Shown piece by piece: positions 25,961 through 39,883 of a stretch of DNA of 64,000 bases. The notes below the pieces were generated by a model that did no database searches, had not been told where the DNA came from, and was given only the letters and a program-made list of their open reading frames with translations. A program made the translations under genes and the position numbers. The first letter of the stretch is position 1, and each line of letters opens with the position of its first letter. The DNA comes from Eledone cirrhosa (taxonomy: Eukaryota): contig OZ024740.1 in the NCBI GenBank assembly GCA_964016885.1, forward strand, positions 400,644,001 to 400,708,000, given 5' to 3'.

Positions 25961-28609
25961 GATAATAATAATTTACCGATTCTTATTTTAATACATAATT
26001 TCCTCAACCATAAATAATTACAATAAGACGACCTCTCTCTACGTCTACTGCATATCTTTCATTCCGCATAGCTTTCTCTCATTCATTCTCTCTCTCAAAC
26101 TTCTCTTACACACATTCTTAATTTGCAATTGCTTTAATTAACCTTTGCCGTTAATTTCTCATTTCACTCATTTTGAAATAAATCTCAAGAGATAAAACAG
26201 AAGGAAATGGGGAAGTATTTATTTATTAAAAAGCTTAAAGCACAACGTCGCTGTTACGATGGCTGACGGATTCCAAGTGAGGAACGTAGCTAAACTGATT
26301 TCATTTTGATTAATTTTATTCTGAAATGACAGACATTTAATAATTAATAGGACTTCAATATGATACTTTTATTGTCCTATATATCTAACATATCTATCTA
26401 CATCTCTCTCACACTATTAGTATCTCTATCTCTTTATCTATTTAATTATCTATATATCTATCTTTTTTTTTGCCATATTGCTAGTCTCGCCTTCAAGTGT
26501 GTGCTAATGCGTGTTTGTATGTATGTACATGTGTATGTATGTATGTATGTATGTATGTATGTATGTATGTATGTATGTATGTATGTATGTATGTATGTGT
26601 GTATGTATGTGTGTATGTATGTATGTATGTGTGTGTATGTATGTACGTGTGTGTGTATGTAAGAAAGTATGTGTATGTGTATGTATGTGCTTCGGAAGGT
26701 AAGTGCTCATTTGTCCGCCGAGCCTGCAATACCGTTCAACAGATATTCATGTGTCTTTCATATTTAATATATATATATATATATCCGATATTAATACATG
26801 GAAACTATATTTATAAAACCATATTTATTTCATTATAAATATTTCAAGGATACCAAGTTACATTATGGTATGCCTCCATCAGACAAAATACAATATATAA
26901 CAGTTTTACAAATAGACATTGACGTACCCTTTTAAAAATTGACCGTTGCTTTTGGAGGCCATCAGGATAGTGGTTTGTTTACTTTAGTAAGTCATAGTGT
27001 TAAGAGTAAGTAGAAAGATGGAGAGAGAGAGAGAAACGTGGAGAAAAGAAAGGGAGAGATAGATAAAGAAAAAGAAGAAAGCAACAAGAAAGAGAACAGA
27101 GGAAAAATAACGGGGAGATATCAAACCATCAGACAGAGAAAATAATCCAGAGAGAGATATATAGAGATAGAGAGAGGGGGGAGAGAACGAAAACCTTAAG
27201 TTATGTCATATTAAGTTGAGTTAACAATTGGGATGAAATGCATAAATAAAATTAGAAATATTAATATTCATGAATGGAATATAGATATATAATATGAGAA
27301 ATTACACATTGTTTAATTATGATTAGATATTTAGTTTAAAAATTGAGATCAATATATTAAAAATTGGAATTTAAACATTATAAAATATATATATTGCTAG
27401 AGAGATTATCTATCGTATATTACATACACATAGGCAAAGGTACATAAATATATATATATACACACTCACTCAGAAAATACAATTTTATATTTACTCCCGC
27501 ATATAATATATACATACAAAGCATAAGTGATTTTTTTATTTATTGCTATAGACTCCTTGTGTTATTAATTAAAAATTAAAAATGTTTAGTATATATATAT
27601 ATAAATATATAGGATTAACTTTCATGCATTTATGGCTCTTAAGTTATGCATATCTGCAATCAAAAACTGCATGTGTAAGCCTGTACATTCACATCCATAA
27701 TTCTTAGCTATACATGAATAGATATGTGTGTGCATCTTCAATTGGTATACATCCGTCACTCATGCATATATACAGACAGACATATAATCATAAAAAAGCA
27801 TATAACACATGTATATGTATGTCAACACACACATATATATACATAAGCCGTACATAGACATACGTATACATCAATATATAACATAGTACAATTGAGTATA
27901 TAAAATACAAAAGGATTATATTTTGGAAATATAATTATATCAATATAACTTAAAAGGCAAACGAATTCTACAAATATCAAAATACTAAAAGATCCCAAAA
28001 TATTATAGAATATTTTAAGTTAAAATAATATGTTTTATATATTTAGTATAGAAATTTATCTTACGTATATTTTAATCAAGATATTGAAAGGACAAACTTT
28101 TGAAAATTATGAGAAGCTGTCTGAATAAAAAATAAATCTAATAAAAATTATGAGAATCTATCAGAATAAAAACAAATCTAATAAAAAATAAAAAATAAAA
28201 TGAATCCAATAAAAAAAATAAATAAAATGAATCTAATAAAAAATAAAATATTATATCAATATAACTTAAAAAACAAGGATTCTACAGATATCAAAATATT
28301 AAAAAGTAAAAAATAAATAAATAAATAAAATAAAATTTTAAAAAGAATTTAAAAAAAAATTTAAAAACTCTTAAAATATTATAAAATATTTAAAGCTAAA
28401 ATAATATGTTTAGTATAGAAATTTATCTTACGTATATTTTATTCAAGATATTGAAAGGATAAACTTTTCTTGAATAGTTTATTATATTTATAATTATATT
28501 TATGAAGAAAATTTATACTTGGGTACTTAACCAAAGAAAATGAAAAAGGTGAAGGAATCTAATGATTTATTGACAGGTTACATATATTAACTAAATTACT
28601 TAATTAATT

Positions 28610-30219
28610 AAACTACATTTTAAATTTATATTTATATTTAAACGTTGAGTTCAATCTATGTCTGCAGCAACTGAATAAATTATTCCTTAAATTAAGGGAA
28701 TTTTTGGTCTTTAATATTATAAAATATTTCCTCTATACAAAGATCACAATTTTCTGAAGAGGAATTAAAAGGAGTAGCTTATGAGATAATATTCCAAATC
28801 AGCGAATATTCAACATTATCTCGTTTTAGGTCCCATAATAGGCTAGATAGCGAAGTTGAAGATTTTTTGTTTGGATCTGTAAAATAATTTTTATGATTAT
28901 TGAAGCGGGATTTAAATTCTGTAGAGGTAGAACCGACATAGTTAAATGAATTTATATTAGTTTTAACATTACAATTATAAACCACATTTTTAGCTAAGCA
29001 GTTGTTATTTAACGGACAGTTGGATTTATTTCTACAGTTACAGTTATTCGATTGAATATTGCTTGGGTTATTATTGGTATTTTGGTTAGGTTTTAAATTT
29101 CTATTATTAATTCAATTAATATTTTGCGCTAAATTTTTGGTGGAAGAGTAGGTTAATTTTATAGTATGTCTATTAAAAATTGAGTAATATTTATGTGTTC
29201 TAGGGAATCGTTTGTCAAGAGCTTTAAAGAATAGTTTAGCAATAGGGGTTTTAATATTTAGTGAGAAAGGAGGAGCGAACCATAATATATTCCTAGTTCT
29301 ATTTCTTTTTCGGCTTTCGGAGTTATTGTAATATTTTCTATTATGGTTGTTGAAATTGTTACCATAATTAAAGTTGTTATTATTTTGGTTATTTTGTATA
29401 TTATTATTATTATCGATGTATTTAATTTTATTTCTATTCCCAGCTCTACCTAACGCTTCGTTGTAATAATGCGCTTTTTCATCAAATATATTCTTATTAG
29501 ATGAACTTCTTGAAATTCGTTCTTGAACAGAGTTCACTATAGTATTCTTAACGGATCTGGGGTGATTAGAGTTAAAATTGACATAATTTAAGTTCTCATT
29601 TAGTTTGTGAAATGGATAATGAAGACATGTGTTGAGATTTAGTGTTACATCTAAAAAATTGACTATTTTATGGTTATTCTCTATTTCTACTTTTAGATTA
29701 AGGTAATTAAAAAATTGTATAATTTGTTTTCTTTTTCTATTTAGTTCACAGCTATTATTTTCTATAAGTAAAAGCATGTCGTCACGATATAAGCCTCCGG
29801 TTACACCTGGTATTTTTCTATGTAGAGAATTAATTATAAATAGGCCCACAAGGTCCGTTACCTGAGCTGAGTCTGAAGATCCCATAGTTATGACGAAATT
29901 ATTATTTCTATCTGCCCTAGTCCAGAGTTGGTTATTAAATTCTATTAATGTTTTCCGTGCCGATAATATAATGTGCATTTCATTGCTAGTTAGGTCTGTA
30001 TGTTTAAATGCGTAAGTTAGTGCCTTATTCAGTAGATTAGGAGTGATAGATGAGTAGTAGTTAGCAATATCCAACTGAATAAACTTATTATTATAGTTAT
30101 ATTTAATTTCTTTAAACCAATCGATAACCTCACTAGTCCCTTTCCATAATTTTAAGTAAGATAAATTAGGTAAATTCTTAATTTGTTGTATTATTCTGTC
30201 TAGAATATTTTTGCTAAGT
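28610..30219 (-). pseudogene. Penelope-like RT + GIY-YIG endonuclease
   Basis: SKNILDRI..WKGTSEVIDWF..FIQLDIANYYSSI, MGSSDSAQVTDLVG, LYRDD, VNFLDVTL, SNHP, WFAPPFS; in-frame CNCRxxxxCPLxxxCL..VVY..YVG..FKSRFNNH; CDLC..CCRH. Disrupted by TGA (29112), TAA (28779) and a frameshift near 28728. Confidence 0.9.
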
Positions 30220-30360
30220 CTCTCTCTCCATCTTTTTACTTACTCTTAACACTATGACTTACTAAAGTAAACAAACCACTATCCTGATGGCCTCCAAAAG
30301 CAACGGTCAATTTTTAAAAGGGTACGTCAATGTCTATTTGTAAAACAGTTATATATTGTA

Positions 30361-30420
30361 TTTTGTCTGATGAAGGCATACCATAATGTAACTTGGTATC
30401 CTTGAAATATATTCAATGAA
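30361..30420 (+). ncRNA. Hammerhead ribozyme motif in the inverted Penelope terminal repeat
   Basis: CTGATGA (30367-30373), stem II aggcatacc..ggtatcctt, GAAA-tata. The mirror copy at 26830-26890 has CTGATGG. Stem I is weak. Confidence 0.65.
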
Positions 30421-30549
30421 ATAAATATGGTTTTATAAATATAGTTTCCATTTATTAATATCGTATATCTACTCCAAATATTTGTCGAGTGCTTTATATC
30501 AGTTATAAAAACATTTGATTGTTGTATCCCGACAATTTAAATAGAACTA

Positions 30550-31693
<1,144 letters not shown>

Positions 31694-31738
31694 CACATAA
31701 GAAACGGAAAATCAGTGGTGCGACGAATACAATTTATT

Positions 31739-31835
31739 AGACATATTAAAATCGTTTCTCTGGCGACCAGCTCGAGGCACGATCGATGCAATGATCAAAC
31801 CTGACTCTGAAATCTCAAGATCCTCAGTTACGTCT
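31739..31835 (-). ncRNA. Hammerhead motif with an extended (~65 nt) stem II region
   Basis: Minus strand agacgtaa-CTGAGGA-tct...aga-GAAAC-gatttta-atatgtct then AATAAA. Stem I agacgta/tatgtct. Stem III is imperfect. Confidence 0.55.
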
Positions 31836-31879
31836 CGATACTACGAAGCAGAGTTTGCAAATATATATATATATATGAA

Positions 31880-32070
31880 AAAGATTCAGGACCCTGACGG
31901 CAGAGCTCAAGCCGTTTAGACGGCTATTTCAGTCCAGAAATAGCCGTCGAGACGGCTTGAGCTCTGCCGTCGGGGTCCTGAACTTTTTCAAATTACCCAC
32001 ACTCCTACCCATAGTATCGAGTACTCTGGTGCGTTATTGTCCACTTGGTTCCTTACCACACTTCCTTCGT
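31880..32070 (+). mobile_element. Fold-back terminal repeat with hammerhead 3' half (family also at 33400-33490, 33885-34030, 34140-34225, 34396-34601)
   Basis: Palindrome 31880-31988 with tcGA(g)AC-ggc-ttgagctct-gcc-GTC-ggggtcc, then a tail shared with 34396-34480. Confidence 0.65.
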
Positions 32071-32084
32071 TATATATATATATA

Positions 32085-32275
32085 GGCGGTGGGTTGGCAG
32101 TATCGGTAAAGGGTCGGACGCCATGCTTTGACGTATAGAGTTACGGCCCTTGCCATTCTAAGTTCAAATCCCGCCGAGGTTAACTTTGCCTTTCATCCTC
32201 CTTACGGGGTCGATAAAATAAATTACCAGTATTGCACTGGGATAATTGCTGGCCTTGTGCCAAAAGTAGAAACAG
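32085..32275 (+). mobile_element. tRNA-derived SINE family A (near full length)
   Basis: ggcggtgggttggcagtatcggtaaag (A box), gttcaaatccc (B box), core and tail. Confidence 0.9.
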
Positions 32276-32334
32276 TTATACATATATATATAAGAATACA
32301 AGTTTGTATATATATATACATCTACCCATCTATC

Positions 32335-32405
<71 letters not shown>

Positions 32406-32407
32406 CA

Positions 32408-32445
<38 letters not shown>

Positions 32446-32447
32446 CA

Positions 32448-32526
<79 letters not shown>

Positions 32527-33675
32527 TATATGTGTGTGTGTGTGTGTGTCGGTGTGGGGGTGGGGTGTAACAACATTGGGAAAATTAAATGAACAAAAGA
32601 TAACGAACGAAAACAAGGCAGCAGGAAAAACTTAAAGGTGAAACCTTTTTGAAATAACAAAAAGACAAAGAATCAAAAGAAAGATATCGAACTGCCTGGT
32701 ATTCAGGTTCAACCCCTAAATACTGTACTTCTGGGCCATCCGAGATCACAGCGACTGACAGAAGCCACTGCGCTGTCCATAGATTAAAATACAAAACAGA
32801 ACTATAAGTTACAGCAATTAAGACATAACAGGTACAGAAAATTTGTTGTGATCACAAGAATCGTGTTTTTAAAGCAACGATATTCTCACGAGACTGAAAA
32901 AAGTAGACAAAGAAAGGAAAAGAAAAAAGAAGGAATAATATGAAGAAGAAGAAAATAAGAAGATAATTTTGTTACAAATGTAATCCATTGAAAGATATTA
33001 AGTGGTGTAAGAAAAAACAATTTCGTCACAGATTAATATTAATAAAATTAGGAAAATTATGAAAGAGAAGACACCGAATGAAAAGAACAAAAGGGAAGCA
33101 TAACAAAAAACAAGTTTTTAAAACGGGAACCATATTTAAAACAAAAGAAATTCACAAAGACATAGAACTCCAAGTTCTTCAGCCGTCGAAATTCACTTTG
33201 GCAGTTTCAACCCCTACCGATGATACTGCTGATCCACCTGGTGTCACGGCATCTGATACAAGCCAAAGCGCTGTCCATGGAGTAGAAGACAAGACAAATT
33301 TATAACTTACAGGAATTACAGATCCAACGCATTTACATGTATACCAAAAACAAAACGAGGTTTCACATTAAGATCTTTATTGGTGATGCACAGTTACAAC
33401 CGTTTCACAGACTGGCTGGAACTAGCTGTTGAAACGGTAAGAGCTAAGCTGTCCAGTCCTGAATCTTTATAAACAACCATATTATACTAGCTGTCCGTTC
33501 CGTCAAGCAAAGCAAAAAATCCATCTAACTGCATAGCGTAACGAACGATGTACACAGACCACCAAATATGGGAATTGACCAATCTCCGTGTACACACACC
33601 CGCATACATGCAGCCAAATACGCACGCAAACATACACATATGTACATACACACACATGTATATATGTATATATAA

Positions 33676-33885
33676 TTGTTTCTACTCGAAACACAAGGCT
33701 AGCAATTTCAATGAGAGGGGAAAGTCGATTAAATTTAACCAGTGCATTACTGGTACTTTACTTTATCGACGCCGTAAGAAAGAAAGGCAAACTAACATCG
33801 GCGGGATTTGAAATAGGAACATAAAGGGCCATAACTATATGCCGCTAAGCATTATCCAAAGCTCTACCGATACTGTCAATCCGCC
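33676..33885 (-). mobile_element. tRNA-derived SINE family A
   Basis: Reverse complement of the family A consensus. Confidence 0.8.
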
Positions 33886-34395
33886 AGACTGGCTGGATCT
33901 CGCTGTTGATACGGCAAGAACTCAGCCGTCGGGTCCTGAGTCTTTATAAAATAATCATACTATACTACCCCAAGTATCGAGTACTGCGTTGAGTAAGGGT
34001 CTAACCAGTGTCAAACTGAATCCATCCAGATTTATATACATATATATATATATATAGAGAGAGAGAGATAGATAAATATATATATATATAGAGAGAGGGG
34101 GACGGAGAGAGCTGAATGGATATATATGTATATATATAGGAAATTGTTCAAGACCCCGACGGCAGAGCTCAAGCCGTTTCGACGGCCATTTCTAGACTTT
34201 TCCTATTACCCACTCTACTACCCTTATTGATTTTTCCAAATTTTAAAGGTTTCTTAGGAACTTTCAATGTTTATTTTAGATTTTGCCTCGGAAGTCCTGA
34301 GGCTATCATAATTGATGGTCCTCAGTGAAATATGTATAGTGGAGTTTTAAATAAACCTGAATCAACTGATATGGTCCCTCCGATCTTTTCTCATA

Positions 34396-34601
34396 TATAA
34401 CAAAGGAATTGTGGTAAGGAACCAGATGGACCATAACGCACCAGAGTACTCAATACTTAGGGTAGTAGAGTGGGAAATATGGAAAAAGTATGACCCCGAC
34501 GGCAGAGCTCAAGCCGTACCCACGGCTATTTCTGGACTATTTGAGTCCAGAAATAGCCGTCAAAACGGCTTGAGCACTGCTGTCGGGGTCATACTTTTTC
34601 C
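34396..34601 (-). mobile_element. Fold-back terminal repeat, same family as 31880-32070
   Basis: Palindrome 34481-34601 centred on tctggact-atttg-agtccaga, with a one-sided tail and (TA)n flank. Confidence 0.65.
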
Positions 34602-34667
<66 letters not shown>

Positions 34668-34975
34668 CTGTGTGTTCGTGCAGGTGCTCCTACATGACCG
34701 CTATGTGCAGTGTCAACTCTGAATGTCGCTGAGCATATCCAGCTAACTTCAATCTGCTCTGTGTCCCTTTCGAGCTTACTTTTGGGAGGCTCCCTTACAG
34801 CACTGAGTTTTTCTTCCTCAGTGCATTAATGTTCTGAGTCATCCTCAGCATACTCGTGTAGCACCCATAACCCACTTAAATAAGTCTCTTGGTCAGTGGC
34901 CAAGTCTCAGACCCATATAACAGCTCTGACTCCACTGTATCTACGAAGAGATGGATCTTCAGGTCTACACGAATG

Positions 34976-35147
34976 TACCGTATTACCCGTCGTCGAAGAC
35001 GCTATTTTTTTCATAAAATAAGTCTCTAAAATCTACCATGCGACCTGGAGGTCGAAGGTTGTTTACTATTTTTTTTCAAATTTTTGATTGTCAAAATTAA
35101 GGTGCGTCTTCGAGGACGAAGCGTCTTCGGCGCCGGGATGTACGGTA
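34976..35147. mobile_element. Tc1/mariner-superfamily (pogo/Tc2-like) MITE
   Basis: TIRs taccgtattacccgtcgtcgaagacgc / gcgtcttcggcgccgggatgtacggta, with TA ends. Confidence 0.7.
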
Positions 35148-35323
35148 AGTGTGAAGAGAACTGGAGATCGTCACCGAGAACATAGGGAGGAATTGATGGA
35201 GTTCTGATGAGATTTGGGGAACAGGGCCCGAGGATAGGAAGAGGAAATATCTGGACAATTTTAAGACTCTACTAAGAGAGCCACTCCCCACAGCCTAGAA
35301 CAACGGACAGATTAAAGAGTTGT

Positions 35324-35551
35324 TTGAGGAACTCGATATTGAGACAGGACCCTTCTCCAGAGAGGATTTTCACAGAGCCAAGGAGAAGATCAAGGAGGGA
35401 CAGGGCCCATGGAGAAGATGGACTGGCATCAGAGGTGATGAAGAGGTGCGATTTTGATGATATCATCCTGGAGTTCTGTAACCACTCACTGGAGAATGGA
35501 GTTTTTCCGCATTAGTGGGGGCCCAGTAACACCGTTCCATTACCAAACAAA

Positions 35552-35553
<2 letters not shown>
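35324..35553 (+). pseudogene. LINE reverse transcriptase N-terminal fragment (RTE-like)
   Basis: RAHGEDGLASEVMK..ILEFCNHSLENGVFPH*W..TVPLPNKG matches the KAxGxDG..E..P..W..IxPxPKKG segment. Confidence 0.6.
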
Positions 35554-35624
<71 letters not shown>

Positions 35625-36877
35625 TCTGTATTGTAGAGGTTTCCAAAACGAATATTATATTTATAATACCGGTACGGACTACTTTTCTCAGAAATAAAAT
35701 GAATACATAAGAAGAATATGTATTTTTCTTGGAAGCATGGAAGGTGCTTCTTCTGACACTGATTGGTCCAGTTCTACACAGTAGTACAGTATATGTGTAA
35801 AGAAATGTGGCCTAAAAGTAATTTGTCTAGTTCCTAAAGATTTCGTGTCATAATGTAGGAATTTAATAATTGAAATGAATTAATTAATATTTTTTGGGCT
35901 TTATGAAAAGTATATAAAGGCTTTATGAAAAATATATAAAGGCGAACGAAAGAAAGGAATGTGAGGAAAAGTAAAATATAGAAACTTATATATTAGGGAT
36001 CTGAAGCGAATCTTTATGGCCATATGGTAAACATGTTTTCACAGTAAGCTGCATGTAGTGGCTGGCGCCGCTGGCTGATTATTTACATCAGTCATGATTA
36101 GTACGGTTTCTATAGGTACTTTGTAGAATGTGTTTTACTTTGTAATATACAGTATGTATGTTGTATTCGTTAGGCAGTAAAATGCTTTGCAAACCATCAA
36201 CGATTAAGGAATACGTAGGTACTTACAAGCGTGCCTTACTATACTATTCGCTATGTATATCATGCTAATCAGTATTTCCGTCCATAGGGATGTTTCCAAT
36301 GAAAACAGCTTCAACAGAAACCACACATATCAGGATTACCGCTCGCTAGTTCTATTGAACACACCAAATGGTTTTTGTGAATACTAAACCCTAATATTAG
36401 TAACCATAGACGTTTTATAGGACAAGCTACGAAAAAAATTATTGGATCACTTCATATCATTATAGGAATCATGGAAGAATTTCCTAGCGAATTAGCCACC
36501 AGCAGACAGACTGTTCTAAACCGTCTGACTGAATCAAATATCACAGTTGTATTTGTAAGAGCAAATTCCGGTATATCTATACTAAACATATTAGTGTAGT
36601 CTGTTCACTTAACTTTTGATTTCGGTCCCTAAGCTATGTATGTCAAATTTAGATGACAAAAGGCTGACGAAACAAATTAGCTGTTAGTGTGTCTCTATAT
36701 GCTGTTTAGAGCAGGGGTCAGCTAATTCCTTTACTATTGCATGCGTTAACTAATGCTTAATACACGTGCCTCTGATCCGCGTGTATATTGTAATATATCT
36801 TACATGTTAAAATCTGAGAAGTCCACATACAACCTGTTGCCGACCCTTTGTCATATCTATCTATCTATCTATTTATC

Positions 36878-39847
36878 GTTGATAGTTACTACTGCTGCAG
36901 CCTTTTTAGATTTGTATTACGTTTTTGACTGTAAGTTTGTGTTTCATTTGTTTTATTTGTATGACCTAACCCCCCGCCTGGACTTGCAGACGGGTGGTTA
37001 TTTTATTTTTACCCCTTTTTGAGGTAAAATCTACTTTGAAAAATTTGTATACCAACTTACAATAATGGACACCATACATGAAAACACCACTGACACGCCC
37101 CCCAGGGAAAGTGATAAAGAGGAACAAGTAACTCAACCTACTGAAGCTTCCCTTCTCTCGCTTTCGCATGCGAATATGGAAGCGGATTTAGCGAACAATT
37201 GTAAAAAACTTGGGTAATACCCAAACAATGGAAACAGTAAATTGAAAGAATGTATAAATTACACTGACACCAACAATACCAACACAAATAATAAAGAAAA
37301 TAACACAAACACACACAAAAGTGAAAACAGCAGTGACAATTACAAAGAAAACAACATAAATGTGAACTCAAAACACGAAAAAATGGGTGAAAACCCCCCA
37401 AACTGTATCGCAAACAACAACAACCAAAATGCAAACACCCAAGAAAACAAGAGCAACAGCAACAAAACACACAAAAAAGACCCTACTACAAGAATATCCT
37501 TTGCCCAGGTCGTTAAGGAGACCGAAACTTTCACCCCAGTTGACATCAGTAATGCAGCGGAATTGTTAAAAGATGGGCGAAAACAGCTTTGGTGAAAACG
37601 GTGAATTCCCCATAATCTCCCCTAAGGATATTAAAAGAGACACGTTCCTAACGACAATTAATTTTAGAACTATATCAAATGCGTCGAAAAAACCAGCTCA
37701 ATTATCGCATAGCAAAATTGAGCTGGTGTTAAAAGAGGCGTTGAAGGACATGATTTTTATTGAAAGAGGAAAGTTATATGGAAGTCTGATAATTTTGGTG
37801 GCCCAAAACTACTCGGTGTCGCCAATTGTGTCCAAACTGTACACTTTCTTCCCCACCTATATGGGGAAGAAAACTAAAAAAAATAACAATCTCCGGTATA
37901 CACCCAAATACAAATATGTGGTGGATACTAGGAGGGATACTGGACGACGAAGATGAACTCCTTGATATAGGAAAAGCCACCAGGGGCCACTTTGGCGGTA
38001 TAGGCATACAGGTTCTGGTTCGAATGAAACCAAAACGTATCGCAAAGATACCCCAAAGAGTGTCCCTGGAAGGCTCCCAATTTATGAACATTGCAATTGA
38101 GGGTAGGCGGCCCGCTTGCTACCTCTGTGGAGGCAGAGGTCACCTGAAGGCTGCCTGTCCTCAACAAACTAAAAAACATTTACTGCCAACAACTCCAAAA
38201 ACAACAACACAACCACCAGAACAACAACAACGACGTAAAAGTAATGGTGTCACGGCCTCGGAAATCGGGGCGATCGGCACCTTACTGGAGGGTACGAAAG
38301 GTTTACAGGGGCTAAGCTGAACCAGGACAAGTCGATCGGTCTGCAACTCGGCACGTGGAGGGGAAGATCGGTTCCCTCCGATGGCGTCGTCGGGCGCTGG
38401 ACGGAGGGCCCGGAGAAGGTGCTCGGGCTCTGGTTCGGACCAGACCTCAAAGGTGGAGAAGAACTGGGGTGAGGTAACGAACAGGATGTTTGCACTGACC
38501 CAGAAGTGGGCCGAGTGCAAATCATCCCTGAAAGGTCGGGCGGAGGTGGCGAACACTTATATAGCGTCCGTCATCTACTACCGCCTGACCGTTGTGCCTT
38601 GCCCAAGGGAAATGCTCGCCAAAATGGAGCGCGCACTCTTCCAATTCCTTTGGAAGAAGCGGGCTCCTATGGTGAGGAGATCCATCTGCTGTCAACACCC
38701 TTCGAAAGGAGGGCTGGGGATGCCGTGGCTAATGATACGTAAACACGCATTAAGGCTACGGCACCTCCAGGTATTCCTCACCGGTGAACCGGTGTGGGCC
38801 CCGTTTGTGAGGCGAGCCTTTCCCAGACTCGTCTCACTCACCGAGCTGCAATCCTGGGTCAAGCAAAGACCGAGAAAACTGGGCGCCTGGCACACCGAGT
38901 GTGCCCAGGCGCTCACGGCTCTCTGGCAGGCGGACCCGGCTGTCAGTGGAGAATCCACCTCGTCATTCTATAGAGGGCTGGTGGTTAGTAGGTGCGACGA
39001 CGCCCTCGGAGAAGCCCTAGGCATGGAGGAAGACGAACTGTACAACCTGTTCGGTAGGACATTCAGCCCGGGACCCATGGATAACTTCCAGAGGTCCCTG
39101 GCCTGGCAGTTCTACTGAGGGGCTCTGCCCGTTCGAGAAAGGCTCTACAGACACGGGCGAAAAAGATCTGTCCCAGATGCGTGTGCGACGAGGAAATCGT
39201 TGCACACGCATTGGTACACTGCTCGGCCATTGCCGATCTGTGGGGCTATGTCGAACAACTGCTGTCAAGGGTGGGACCGATCCGGTTGACCACCGAGTCT
39301 ATTGTAACGATCAAGCCGCCTCCCCTCTTCAAAAACGAAGGAGAGGCGGTGTTTCTGTGCGTAATAGCCATGGCGAAAGAGGTTGTATGGTGGACGCGTC
39401 TGAAAGGACTGAGGTCAGACACCTTGCTCTCTGGCCAACAACTGGTCCGTTTCTTCCGATATCATTTCGGAAGAAGGATCAGGATGGAGAGAGAGGTGCT
39501 GCACCCCAGCCGCTTTTATGAAAGATGGGTGAAAGTGGCGAGAATGGTCCGTGTGAATGGGCCTTCACTCTACATAAGACTATAGGTAAGGAAGATGAAA
39601 AATCAAGGGAGCACCCCCTCTCTGTGCTCCTGAGGAGAAGGGTTGCGCACTTTTTTCGGGGGTGTGTGCGACCCCCCAAGGCGCCTCCTCCCTATTGAGG
39701 ATTTTGTTATAAAATCTATTTTGTTATATTTTATTTTATTTTTATACATTGTTATTGCCTCCTCCTTATTGAGGACGCCTTGTTATGTAAATTCACCCCA
39801 TTGTACTTGTCCCACTTTTTGATGCCCTGGTGGCAAATAAAAAGAAA

Positions 39848-39848
<1 letters not shown>
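36878..39848 (+). mobile_element. Tx1/L1-type LINE copy 1: frameshifted ORF1 (gag-like) fused to the 3' half of ORF2
   Basis: ORF1 fragments 37242-38230 with CYLCGGRGHLKAAC zinc knuckle. From ~38231 the sequence is highly similar to 41444-43080. Bounded by (ATCT)n. Confidence 0.85.

Positions 39849-39882
<34 letters not shown>

Positions 39883-39883
<1 letters not shown>

Larger units (their letters stand above)
26780..30549 (-). mobile_element. Penelope-like element (Naiad-type), 5'-truncated, with inverted terminal repeat
   Basis: RT + Cys linker + GIY-YIG on the minus strand. 26780-27030 is the reverse complement of 30220-30468. The inverted copy has an extra tail (30469-30549). Flanked by (TA)n. 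Confidence 0.9.
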
